Positions 33,065 to 43,537 of a DNA stretch of 64,000 nt are shown here, in pieces. Made by a program: the position numbers and the translations under genes. Numbering within the stretch: the first letter of the stretch is position 1; each line of letters opens with the position of its first letter. The notes below the pieces were generated by a model. It was not told the origin of the DNA. It did not search any database and was given only the letters and a program-made list of their open reading frames with translations. Where the stretch lies: the NCBI GenBank assembly GCA_963740315.1, contig CAVUDP010000004.1, positions 800,001-864,000 of the forward strand. Reading direction: 5' to 3'. This DNA comes from an uncultured cyanobacterium (lineage in GTDB: Bacteria; Cyanobacteriota; Cyanobacteriia; Cyanobacteriales; Nostocaceae).

Positions 33065-34180
33065 ATGAATCAGCATCATATCGAAGTAACGGTTTCAGCT
33101 AATAATTTCAAAGACAACATCAGCCACATTCGCAATAGGGTTACGCCTTCTCAACTGTGCGTAGTCATGAAAGCCAACGCTTATGGACACGGTTTGCAGG
33201 AATTAGCGCCGACAGCAGTTGCAGCAGGTGCAGACTATATAGGTATTTGTACTAATCCCGAAGCAACAATTATTCGTAACTTAGGTTTAGAGATAAAACT
33301 GTTGCGTTTGCGAATGGCTCTATCTCAAGAATTGGAGGAATCTATCGAATCCCTGAATATTGAAGAACAAATAGGAACCATTGAAGTTGCTAACTATCTT
33401 TCACAAGCAGGAGTAAAACGCGGAAAAAAAATTCCCGTACATATCAACATCGATACAGGAATGGGTAGAAGCGGTTTTTTTTCCAACCAAATAGAAGAAT
33501 TAAAGCAAGTTTGCGGATTACCCGGTATTGATATTGTCGGTGTCATGACTCACTTTGCTAGCTCTGACGGAAAAGATTTAGCCTTTACTCACAATCAAAT
33601 AGAAGACTTTTACAAAGCGCGTGAAGTCCTCAAAGATTACGTAGACCATAACGTATTAACCCACACTCATAACAGCGCGGCGACGGTACGTGTAGCTAAC
33701 GAACACAACCGCTTAGTGAGAGTTGGAGCAGCTTGTTACGGCGTGCGAACCTCCCAGGATTTTCAAAATCCTCCCGAACTAAAGCCAGTAATGTCAGTAA
33801 AAACCAGGGTAGCGCAAGTCAGAAAAATACCCAAAGGTAAAACCATCGGTTACGGTAGCTTATTTACCACTCAGCGAGATAGTTTAGTTGCATCCTTACC
33901 AGTAGGATTTGGCGAAGGTTATCCGCGATCGCTATTTAATAAAGGTATTGTTCTAATTAAAGGTCATCGCTGTCCCGTAGTCGGACGAGTATCATTAAAC
34001 ATCACCACGGTAGATATTACGGACATCCCAGAGCCAGTAGAATGGGGAGACGAAGTAGTATTAGTAGGAACTCAAGGTAACGAAGAAATCACCTTCGAGG
34101 AATTAGCAGATAAATTTGCCAGCGTACACACCGAAATCAACTTGATGGCAGGTTTTATGAATCAGATTAGTTATGTATAA
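33065..34180 (+). CDS. alr: alanine racemase family PLP enzyme, resembling broad-spectrum racemases
   Basis: VMKANAYGHG (PLP Lys), DTGMGRSG, MTHFA, NSAA, IGYG (catalytic Tyr), VVGRVSLN. Confidence 0.85.
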   Translation: MNQHHIEVTVSANNFKDNISHIRNRVTPSQLCVVMKANAYGHGLQELAPTAVAAGADYIGICTNPEATIIRNLGLEIKLLRLRMALSQELEESIESLNIEEQIGTIEVANYLSQAGVKRGKKIPVHINIDTGMGRSGFFSNQIEELKQVCGLPGIDIVGVMTHFASSDGKDLAFTHNQIEDFYKAREVLKDYVDHNVLTHTHNSAATVRVANEHNRLVRVGAACYGVRTSQDFQNPPELKPVMSVKTRVAQVRKIPKGKTIGYGSLFTTQRDSLVASLPVGFGEGYPRSLFNKGIVLIKGHRCPVVGRVSLNITTVDITDIPEPVEWGDEVVLVGTQGNEEITFEELADKFASVHTEINLMAGFMNQISYV

Positions 34181-34236
34181 AAGTTAGGAGTTAAGAATTA
34201 GGAGTTAGGAGTTAAGAATGAGGCTTAGACTTGTTC

Positions 34237-34453
34237 CTATTAGTCTTTTTCATTAATTCTGATAGGTTTGTAGTAAGGGCTTAGGTTCCCTAAATCCGGA
34301 GGCGAAGACAGCGCTTACTACGAACCTTTTTACCCTTCAAAACTTTTGAAATGGACTACTATTAGTCTTTTTCATTAATTCTGATAGGTTTGTAGTAAGG
34401 GCTTTAGCCCCCTAAATCCGGAGGCGAAGACAGCGCTTACTACGAACCTTTTT
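34237..34453 (+). repeat. tandem duplicated palindromic dispersed repeat (period about 122 bp)
   Basis: Two near-identical units starting CTATTAGTCTTTTTCATTAATTCTGATAGGTTTGTAGTAAG, at 34237 and 34359. Confidence 0.9.
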
Positions 34454-34463
34454 CTTCCAATGC

Positions 34464-35231
34464 CTAATTCGGTAACTTCAAATTCGCTACAACTGCATTT
34501 AAATATGGTTGAAATATCGACAAATTCTCCAACTTTTCAAAGGTACCAGTTTTCAGATCCGGGGCAAAAGCAGTATTAATTAAATAAAGTGATTTACCAT
34601 CAAAAGCTACATAACCTGTATGCTGTTCGTATACTCCACCCTTTTGTTTAAGTCCGGCAAAACCGTAACGTACTCCTTGAAGTTTACCAACTTGTGCTGT
34701 CTGTGGTGGATAAGCAGAAAATAATACACCATCCGGTGTTTTAGCTGTCTTTGACTTATCGTCATAAACATATTTACGGCTTTGAGCTAATACCCCATAT
34801 TGATTCTTTACCCAGGAATTAAGTGCTGTTGTTACCTGGGTAATATATCTAAGACTTTGATAATTTATACTTGAATTAGGTGGAATACCAGTATTAAGCA
34901 GCATCCTTTGAAAGTTAAGCTGAGTTTGCAAAGGTAAAATTTCTATTTCCACCGTACCTACAGGTTTACCATTCGCCGAAACACACAGCAGAGAATTATT
35001 TTCTTCGCAAGGATTAATTTTCCAACCGGGTGGAAGCGAAGTTTGTTCTATTAATAAATTGTTCCAAATATTATTTTGGTTAGAATTTGCACTAACTAAA
35101 CTTGTAGTTGGTGTTGGTGTTTTTACCGAATTTGGTTCTACATTTTTATTTGCAGAAAAATAAGAAACACCACTTGCAATACCTACCGGAATTAATATAA
35201 AACCTAGCAATACATGATAAAGTCGGATCAT
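34464..35231 (-). CDS. hypothetical exported or membrane-anchored protein
   Basis: 255 aa with an N-terminal hydrophobic segment. Confidence 0.75.
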   Translation of the reverse strand: MIRLYHVLLGFILIPVGIASGVSYFSANKNVEPNSVKTPTPTTSLVSANSNQNNIWNNLLIEQTSLPPGWKINPCEENNSLLCVSANGKPVGTVEIEILPLQTQLNFQRMLLNTGIPPNSSINYQSLRYITQVTTALNSWVKNQYGVLAQSRKYVYDDKSKTAKTPDGVLFSAYPPQTAQVGKLQGVRYGFAGLKQKGGVYEQHTGYVAFDGKSLYLINTAFAPDLKTGTFEKLENLSIFQPYLNAVVANLKLPN

Positions 35232-35303
35232 TTTACTTCAAAATAAATATAGGTTAAAGGTTGAAGGTTAAAGGTCTGCATGTCTGCATGTTATCCCCAT
35301 TCC

Positions 35304-38300
35304 CTAAAACGCCCCAGGGGTGTTACCGAAAATGGTTTCATCTTCCATTTCATCATCTAATTCTAAAGGTAAATTTGGTTCGCCTTCTGCACTTTCAATT
35401 TGCCCTATCGAGGGAGTTTCTTCCAATGCAATCTCTGTTTTTTCGCCTGTATTTGTATCACCTATGTATGATTGATACGACAGCAAACGTTGAAGTTCCT
35501 CAAATTTATCTAAAGTAAATACCGCACCATTAGAATAAGCAATTTCTTTGTGTGCCTCCGCAATGATAGCTTGAAATAAGCAGGCGTTGGAAAGATTGAC
35601 TAAATCGAGATTTACTCCCAAAAGGTTAGCACCTGTGAGATTTGCACCAGTAAGTTTGGCGCTTGTTAGATTTGCGTTAATCAAATTTGCACCTGTTAAA
35701 TCAGCACCAGTCAGGTTTACATTTGCAAGGTTTGCGCCTGCTAAACAAGCATCTTTTAACTGAGCATTTGATAAATCTGTATTCGCTAAGTTGACTCCAC
35801 CTAACATTGCTTGTGTTAAATCGGCTTTTGATAAGTTGAGGGATGCTAAAGATTTTTCACCAATGCGCCCTTTTATAATGCCTGGGTGAAAAACAGCAGT
35901 TTTTGCAATCAATTTTGTTAGTGTTTGGGGATGCAATTCTGTCGAGGCTGGATTGAAGCAAGGGGAAAAAGTCACTTTTATTTCTCGGTAGCAAGCACTA
36001 AGCAATAAAAACACATTTATTCCTACTGCTGCATTTACCTGCTCTACATTTACAGGATTTTGCAATTGTTTAAAATTAAACCAAGCCTTATGTGCTATGC
36101 CTTCATCCAACCAACGCCCGCGTGAGTAAGGGTACCAAAAAGCCCCCAAGCGATCGCATAATAATTCAAAGGAGAATTTATGCTTTTTTTCCTGCCGCAA
36201 TCCTTCAATAACGAGTTCTTCAATTTCTTGTGTAAGAATACCGTAACCAAATAGATAGTAAAGATGTTCGGCAATGCTGCTAGGAGAATCTAACAAAAAA
36301 ATCATTTCTCCATAAGCGTTGCGATCGCGTTTGGTTAAAGCTTTTAATTTGCTGACAATCGAAGCAGCACAGAGATATTCTCCCAATTTTGAATGAGAGA
36401 ATTCGATGGTAGATGGGGGAGAGGGGGAAGAGGGGGAGAGGGGGAGAGAGGGAAGAGAGGGAATGGGAATTTTTAATAGTTTTAAAATAAAAAGCACTTA
36501 GCGTACTAAAATCACTTGTTAAATCTATTTTTTTATTCCCCGAAAATAAAATTTGCAGTGCTACTGCTTCCATTTCATCGATTAATACGGCTGCTTCTGA
36601 GGTGTAGTGAATATGTGGGGAAATTGCGCCGGAAACTCGATAGCCGAACAACCATTGATTGAGACGTTGGTATATTGCCCACGATATTACAACGTTATTC
36701 GTGTAATGATTAATAGCTAATTGCAATATTTCATTATCAAGTAATTCCTCACGATGTAATATTCCTAGTAAATACAACATCAAAGGCTGACAAACTAAAT
36801 TTGAAAGTGGAAATTGAGATTTCTGAGAAAACGCTTTATTCTTTTTTAATAATGTAAAGTAGTTTTGAGCAACTCCGTTAGATTGCACTTTTGCCCAACT
36901 TGCAAACCATAACTTCCATTCATTTTGTCCCCAAGCTTGAATCTTAATCCGCTGTAATTTTGATGCTGCTTTAGCGACGATATCTTCTAATGCCCAGCTT
37001 TGAGATGTCAAAATAATTTTATGTTTTAACCTATGTCCAAACTGCGATTGAAATTCAAATAACTGCTGCATAAAAATGGCAAATACAGTTTTATTTTCAG
37101 CGCTGTTGGGTAGTTCGTTTAATCCATCAAGTATTAGTAAGCATTTATTTTTAGGTTCTTCGAGCCAAACAGATAAACTAATTTGATAATTTTTGATAAA
37201 AGTCGATTCAAGAGTTTCTTGGAAATTATCGCCCCATTTTATTTCATTGAGACTAATTAATACTGGTATCCAGTCGGGGTAAAACTTCCGCGCTACTCGT
37301 GCGGCGAATATTTGACAGAAACTAGTTTTTCCATAACCACTATCTGACTCAATTACGGTAATAGTTTCTAAATCTTCCAATTGCGAAACCACCCACTTCA
37401 TTAAATCAACTGTTTGATGATTTTCATTTAAAGCTAAACCCGTAGGTGGAACGTATATATCCTTCAGACAAAAAGATTCTATTGACAGCGGTTCGCCGAG
37501 CTTTTTAATCAAGCTTGCCCGATACTTTTCTCTTTTTAAATCAATTTTATCATCTGATTTCCAATGAATTTCCGTAGTTCTTAATTTAACAGAATTTCCC
37601 AATCCAAAAAATTTTTGTAACTGAACCAATTCGGTTGCATTTTCGCTGACAACCACAATAAAATTTCCTAAGAGTTTATGTTCCAAGCGGCGAATAATCA
37701 ATTCCGCTTCTAATTTTGGAACGCTATTAGCAACTAACCAACTTACAGTAATCTTATTAATTTGTTGTAAAAAAGAAGAATTAGCAACCTTATCTAATAA
37801 CTCTTCTGCTTGCACATCACTCAGTCTTTCCCCACGCAAAATTTTTATCAAAGCTTGCAAATGTTCATCTTGCAAAGCTTTCATATAACCAAATTTCCCC
37901 TCTCTTGTCACGCCACTTTGCTCAACGCGGGGAACCCCCGCACGCAAGTGGCTCCCCTTGTCCCCTACATACACTAATACCCTTTCCAACCAAAGCGAAA
38001 GACGAATCTCCTCAATCAGAACATCTTCTAAAGCTTGTAAATAAGCAACTTGAAACGCCAACCAAGTAGCTTCCGAACGTTCAAAAGGCTTATTTTGTCC
38101 CAATAAACCCAAAATACTCCGTGTTAACCGAGCAAATATACCAATTTCTTGCCAAACAACCCCTAAAGGAAGTTCCAAAACTTCTGCTAAAGTACATATA
38201 TCAAATGGTGAGGGGCTTCTAACTTTCATATCCTGAATGATTCGCAAGACGATACCTGTCATTTGTGCTTGCGAAAACCCTTTAATTTGACTTATTTCGA

Positions 38301-38340
38301 TATAATTTTCTGCTAACCAATGCCGAATGTTTAAGTTCAT
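35304..38340 (-). pseudogene. NACHT-type NTPase plus pentapeptide-repeat protein, split by a frameshift at about 36410-36470
   Basis: ORF 36280-38340 has SGYGKTS and LILDGLNE. ORF 35304-36497 continues with IEFSHSKLGEYLCA and A(N/D)Lxx repeats. The two frames overlap across a G/A simple repeat. Confidence 0.8.
37910..37953. repeat. small dispersed repeat lying in frame within a CDS
   Basis: GC-rich ACGCCACTTTGCTCAACGCGGGGAACCCCCGCACGCAAGTGGCT with GCCACTT/AAGTGGC inverted ends, inside an AT-rich gene. Confidence 0.75.
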
Positions 38341-38595
38341 TTACATACTCAGTAAGCGCTGTATACGGCAATTATTATTCATTTTATATTTTAATTTTTA
38401 GATTGCGGGTATTCAGTATTGAGTTTTGAGTGAGGAATTAAGAGTTTTGAGTTAGGAATTACGAGTAATTTATTATTCTCCTTGTCCCCTTGTCCCTTTG
38501 TCTCCCCCTCTTCCCCCTCTCCCCCCTCTACCCCCTCTCCCCCCTCCCCTCTTCCAAAAGCTGCATCTAAATAACGAATTCTTTGTAAATTAACT

Positions 38596-40371
38596 ATGAG
38601 CGATCGCCCGAAAAAATTATTGTTAATTGATTCCGATCCCATTTTTAGACTGGGATTACGTCAAACTCTGGAAGAATTCGTTGACTTAGAAGTTATAGCA
38701 GAAGCCGAAACCTACACTGCCGCGTTGAAAATTTTAGCAGAATTGGCGCAATTAGACCCCGATCGAGTGAATTTGGTAGTTTTGGAACCGGATAATAATC
38801 GTTCTGCAAATAGCCAAGAACTTGGTTTGCAAATAATTAGACAGTTAAAAACTCAGTATCCAAATTTACCCATTTTGCTTCTGTGCCATATTCTTCAACC
38901 TGGAATACTCATAGCGTTAAAAGCTGAAGGAGTAAACGGTTACTGTCCCAAGGGTACTCCTGTTTCCGAATTAATCGTCGCCATGCAACAAGTTGCAAAA
39001 GGAAATTCCTATTGGATTCACGAAACTCAACAATTAAAACAATGGGAAGGTGAAACAATCGGGGAAGCATTGCAACCAAAACGCCAATCCCAGAACATTC
39101 TAATTAATAAGTTACGAAACAATTGGCACTTATCGGGAAGCAATTATATAAAAACTAGCTTGATAGAAGTTACCAGACAACTGCAAATCCCTGGATTAAC
39201 AGTACTAAATAAAGCTATTTTAGCTGGAAGACGACGGGAACTACTTGCAGCACAATGGTTACTTGATAATTTACTAGATTCACCCCAAGCACAACAAAAT
39301 GGGAGCAACACTTTTATTCCTGCCAGGGAATTACCGTTACCCAAACCAGATAGCATTATTACCGTCGCTAACCCTACAACAAACCCTCTGAGTCCGCCTT
39401 TACTCAGTCCAAGAGCTTTACAAGCAACATTATTGACATCATGTATTAATAAACTTCAATTTAGTTTACAAAACGTCACCGATATTCCATTAGAAATAGA
39501 TATTTTACGAGAAGATAAAAAGCGAGATTTACTTTATTTATTATTACAGAAATTTACCGATTCTTTGGATCAATTACGTAATTCCGAACTAGAAATAAGT
39601 CAATTAAAAGAAGTTAATTTATTATTATTAGCAGACGTATGGCAAGCAGCCATTAAAGAATTTTTTGGTAAATTTGCGCGAATAAAATTAGATAATATAG
39701 AATTAGAAATTGTCAATATATTGTTACAAAATGAAGAGATAGTCAAAGCAGAAATTCTTAATCAAATTCCTTTAACAACCGAATTATTATCTTATTTAAT
39801 ATTTCAAACAGACCTATACGTAGATAATACATCTTACCCACCAGGCAGTTACGAAGCCAACGAACAGGCTGGCATGATTTTAGAAAATATGTTGATTCAA
39901 ATTGCTAATGCCGTCATGCAGCCACTGTTAAATAGATTAGCGGATATAGAAGCGATAAAAAAAGATTATTACAGCCGCCAACTAATTTCCACCAGAGAAA
40001 TCGAACGTTTCAGAAACGATTTATCGTGGAAATATCGCTGGCAAAATTATGTAGGAGAAGCCCAAAAAATATTCGAGAGCCATTACGAATTATTTGTTCT
40101 AGCACCTCGCGGCATAGCCAAAGTCTTAATATACGCACCTCGCAACAGCGAATTAGCACAACTTGAAGGAATCCCTTTAGTAGTGACATTATTACTAGAA
40201 TTACGGGATGCAGCCACACCCCGCATACAGTCGCTAGTATCCTTTCTAGGTAACGGTGTAGTTTTCGTTCTTACCCGCGTAGTTGGTAGAGGAGTCGGTT
40301 TAATAGTTCGTGGTGTTCTTCAAGGCATCGGTAGCGCCTCATTACCAGAAAGGAAGAGGAATCGGGATTAG
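38596..40371 (+). CDS. response regulator receiver domain plus DUF3685 (Ycf55-like) protein
   Basis: N-terminal LLLIDSDPIFRLGL...GYCPKG; C-terminal STREIERFRNDLSW...FES...YAPR..EL. Confidence 0.85.
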   Translation: MSDRPKKLLLIDSDPIFRLGLRQTLEEFVDLEVIAEAETYTAALKILAELAQLDPDRVNLVVLEPDNNRSANSQELGLQIIRQLKTQYPNLPILLLCHILQPGILIALKAEGVNGYCPKGTPVSELIVAMQQVAKGNSYWIHETQQLKQWEGETIGEALQPKRQSQNILINKLRNNWHLSGSNYIKTSLIEVTRQLQIPGLTVLNKAILAGRRRELLAAQWLLDNLLDSPQAQQNGSNTFIPARELPLPKPDSIITVANPTTNPLSPPLLSPRALQATLLTSCINKLQFSLQNVTDIPLEIDILREDKKRDLLYLLLQKFTDSLDQLRNSELEISQLKEVNLLLLADVWQAAIKEFFGKFARIKLDNIELEIVNILLQNEEIVKAEILNQIPLTTELLSYLIFQTDLYVDNTSYPPGSYEANEQAGMILENMLIQIANAVMQPLLNRLADIEAIKKDYYSRQLISTREIERFRNDLSWKYRWQNYVGEAQKIFESHYELFVLAPRGIAKVLIYAPRNSELAQLEGIPLVVTLLLELRDAATPRIQSLVSFLGNGVVFVLTRVVGRGVGLIVRGVLQGIGSASLPERKRNRD

Positions 40372-40722
40372 ATGGGGGGATGGGGAGATGGGGAGATGGG
40401 GAGATGGGGAGATGGGGAGATGGGGAGATGGGGAGACAAGGAGATGGGGAGATGGGGAGATAAGGAGATGGGGAGACAAGGAGATGGGGAGATGGGGAGA
40501 CAAGGAGATGGGGAGATGGGGAGACAAGGAGACAAGGAGACAAAAAATAGTTAGGAGTTAGGAATAAAGAGTTAGGAGTTAGGAGTTAGGAGTTAGGAAT
40601 TAGGAGTTAGGAGTGAGGAGTTAAGAGTGAGGAATTAATACTTGTCCCCCCATCTCCCCATCTCCCCAAAGGTTACTGAGCTTGTCGAAGTACTCCCCAT
40701 CTCCCCCTCTACCCCCTCTTTC
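40372..40722. repeat. tandem repeat block (GGGGAGAT/CAAGGAGA)n-(TTAGGAG)n-(ATCTCCCC)n
   Basis: Visible arrays between convergent genes; the outer arrays are mutually complementary. Confidence 0.95.
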
Positions 40723-40737
40723 CAATTGATAATTGAT

Positions 40738-42170
40738 TTACCGATTTCGCAGAAAGTAAAAAACATTGTCCCAAAAATCTTGCGATCGCACATTCTCAAA
40801 TCTTTGCTTGTTCCATTCCCATGCTGTTTGTGCGATTATTTCTGAAAAGCTCGAATAAACTGATGATAAATTAGCTAATTTATTAATTTTGATTTTTTCA
40901 GCAATAGCTAAAGCAATTATATTTATTGACTCTCTTGCTTCTGCTCCTAATAATGAAGCTCCTAATATTTCACCGTTACGGCGAACGATTATTTTACAAA
41001 TACCTGTAGTTTCGTCTGTTAATTGAGCAGATGCTAATGTTTTAAAATACTGGCGCAAAACTAAAATTTCGCTTCCGTATCGATTTTTGGCTTGTGTTTC
41101 CGTTAAACCAACTTGCGCGAACATTGGTTGAGTTAAGATTCCCCAAGGAATAGCTTGATAATTAATTTTATATCTTGGAAACAACAAAGCGTTTTTAATC
41201 GCAATTTTCGCTTCGTAATTAGCAATGTTTGGTAAATTGTAACCACCAATTACTTCTCCACAAGCATAAATCCGATGATTGGTAGTTTGTAGTTTTTTAT
41301 TAACTAGCAACTTTCGGGAATTATACTTTACTCCTACAGCCGCTAAATTCAACGATTCAATAAAAGGTTTTTCTGCAACAGCTACTAATATTTCATCGGT
41401 TTCTATAGCGATATCTCCCGCTTGCAGCCACTTTTTACCTTCAATTGACCGAATTTGAGTTACAGTAGTTTGCGTAAAAACACGCACCCCTTCAACTTCT
41501 AACTGCGCTTGCAGCGATCGAGCAATTTCCGAGTCAATAGGAGAAATAACAACGGGACTTTTGACTATAAATGTAACGTCATAACCCAACCTTGCTAAAC
41601 TTTGAGCAATTTCTATACTTTGAGGTGTACCGCCAAGAATAACCCAACTTTTTGGCGGCTTAGAACTTTTTAGAACCCTTGCAACATTCGATAAAGTCAG
41701 AAATTCCGTTTTCTGCAATCCCTCAATATTTGGAATCGCTGCAACCGAACCCGTAGCAAGTAAAAAATTACGTGCTAGTAACCTACGATCGTTAACAATA
41801 AAACATAAATCCGGCGAAGCTTGAAAACAGCCATTGCCTACAACTACATCAACACCTTGCGCCGCTAAAAAAGCAGGTGAAAGCTGTTCTCGAACATTCG
41901 CCGCAACAGCGAACCCCACATCAAAGTTTTTTCCAAAGATACTTGAGGTTTTTCTGCCGCATCACCTCGATCGCAAACCCCAAACCGAGTTAAATCGTTA
42001 AATTTACCAACAACTTTATTAACTTCCCCTATCCCTTGAAGTTGAATCAAATCGTCACGAAATAGCGGTTCAACCAAAGCAACCTTCGCCCTTAGTTGAA
42101 CAGCCTTCAAAGCAGCATCTCGCCCAGCAAGAGTACCGCCAATAATTACGATATCGTAATCAACTGACAT
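40738..42170 (-). pseudogene. FAD/NAD(P) pyridine nucleotide-disulfide oxidoreductase family (MerA/LpdA-like), frameshifted near 41915-41932
   Basis: N-terminus DYDIVIIGG..AG in ORF 41865-42170. ATGS, TTNHRIYACGE, AQVGLTE and GEILGA are in ORF 40738-41919. Confidence 0.8.
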
Positions 42171-42462
42171 TAGTTGTTAGTAGTTAGTTGTTAGTTGTTA
42201 GTTGTTAGGAGTTAGGAGATGAAGAAAGCCTTGGGTTGCTCCGGGAGCGGAGGGAGCGGAGGAAGCAATTTAAAATTAATTAATATCCCCTGCCTCCCCT
42301 GCTCTCTTCTCCCCATCCCCCCATCTCCCCATCTCCCCATCTCCCCATCACCCCATCTCCCCATCACCCCAAAGGTTACTGAGCAGTTCGACGTAGCTCA
42401 CTGTAAGACTTGTCGAAGTACTCCCCCGAACCCCATCCCCCCATCCCCCCATCACCCCATCC
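42170..42462. repeat. tandem repeats (TTAGTTG, CCCCATCT/CCCCATCA) with an embedded small dispersed repeat
   Basis: Visible arrays. Confidence 0.9.
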
Positions 42463-43516
42463 CCCTCAACCCTTCCACCAAACGCCGATTATCCGCTTCC
42501 AACTTTACGGCTACCCGAAAATAGCGATCGCCTAATTCGGGAAAACTTAAACAGTCGCGGATCAGGATTTGATGATGTTGAAGCAATTTCTGCTGTAAGT
42601 CGGAAGTGGAATGCTTTGATTTTACTAATAAGAAGTTAGCAGCGCTCTGGAGTGGCTGCAAATCTGGAATATCGGCTAAATCTGTAAACAAGTCATTTCT
42701 TGCGGGTGGTAGCCAATCAAGGGTTTGCTGCTGAAATTGCTTATCCTCTACGGCAGCTATTCCAGCCGCTGCGGCGAGGGAGTTTACCGCCCAAGGATCG
42801 CGCCAAGTTGCCCACTTTTGTAAGCGCTCTGGATGAGCAATGGCATAGCCCAAACGTAATCCGGGCATACTATAAAACTTGGTCAAAGAACGCAATATGA
42901 CTAAATTAGGATATTCGGGCACCACCTCAATTAAACTTTGTTGCTCCCAAGGATGCAGAAAATCCATAAAAGCTTCATCCACTACCACCAAAGCAAATTG
43001 TTTTAGGTAGGGTAATATTGCATCCCGCTTGAATAATTTTCCCGTGGGATTATGGGGATTGTTCAACAATAGCCCTTTATCCTTTGTCGTAAATCCCTTG
43101 TCAAAAATCAATGACAAATCTGGCTTAGTTAACGACATAGGAAACTCCAACACATTAGCGTTGAATGCCCCCAAGGCTCGGTAGTAGTCGCCAAAGGTTG
43201 GAGTTGCGATCGCTGTCGCGGTAACGGATGCTAATTCTCTTCCCGCCCAAGTCAGTAATTCTGCCGAACCGTTACCCGGCAGAATCCACTCCGATGGCAG
43301 GTTGTGAAAGCGACCCAAAACTTGTTTCAGTTCGCTGTAGTTTGGGTCTGGATAGTGCCTAATATTACCTAAGTGAGACTTGATAGCCGCTAAACTACTA
43401 TCTGGTGGTCCCAAGGGGTTTATGCTGGCAGAAAAATCCAAAATAGCATCAGGGGGACAACCAGCTACTGCTGCTGCCCAAGCTAAATTTCCCCCGTGTT
43501 TCGGTTGCCGCATCAA
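42452..43516 (-). CDS. cobD: threonine-phosphate decarboxylase (cobalamin synthesis)
   Basis: HGGN, LDFSASINPLG, GNGSAE, NPHNPTG, DEAFMDF, RSLTKFYSMPGLRLGY. Confidence 0.92.
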   Translation of the reverse strand: MMRQPKHGGNLAWAAAVAGCPPDAILDFSASINPLGPPDSSLAAIKSHLGNIRHYPDPNYSELKQVLGRFHNLPSEWILPGNGSAELLTWAGRELASVTATAIATPTFGDYYRALGAFNANVLEFPMSLTKPDLSLIFDKGFTTKDKGLLLNNPHNPTGKLFKRDAILPYLKQFALVVVDEAFMDFLHPWEQQSLIEVVPEYPNLVILRSLTKFYSMPGLRLGYAIAHPERLQKWATWRDPWAVNSLAAAAGIAAVEDKQFQQQTLDWLPPARNDLFTDLADIPDLQPLQSAANFLLVKSKHSTSDLQQKLLQHHQILIRDCLSFPELGDRYFRVAVKLEADNRRLVEGLRGMG

Positions 43517-43537
43517 AAAAAGTGGTAACTCAAAAGC

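Noticed and set aside
34237..34453. Possible CRISPR array
   Set aside because: Only two long units, no unique spacers of regular length, and no cas genes.
40271..40561. Several overlapping ORFs (WGDGEMGR / SPHLPISP)
   Set aside because: Artefacts of 8-mer repeats that lack stop codons.
40738..42170. Mercuric reductase (merA) call
   Set aside because: No CxxxxC active site, no C-terminal Cys pair and no mer operon.
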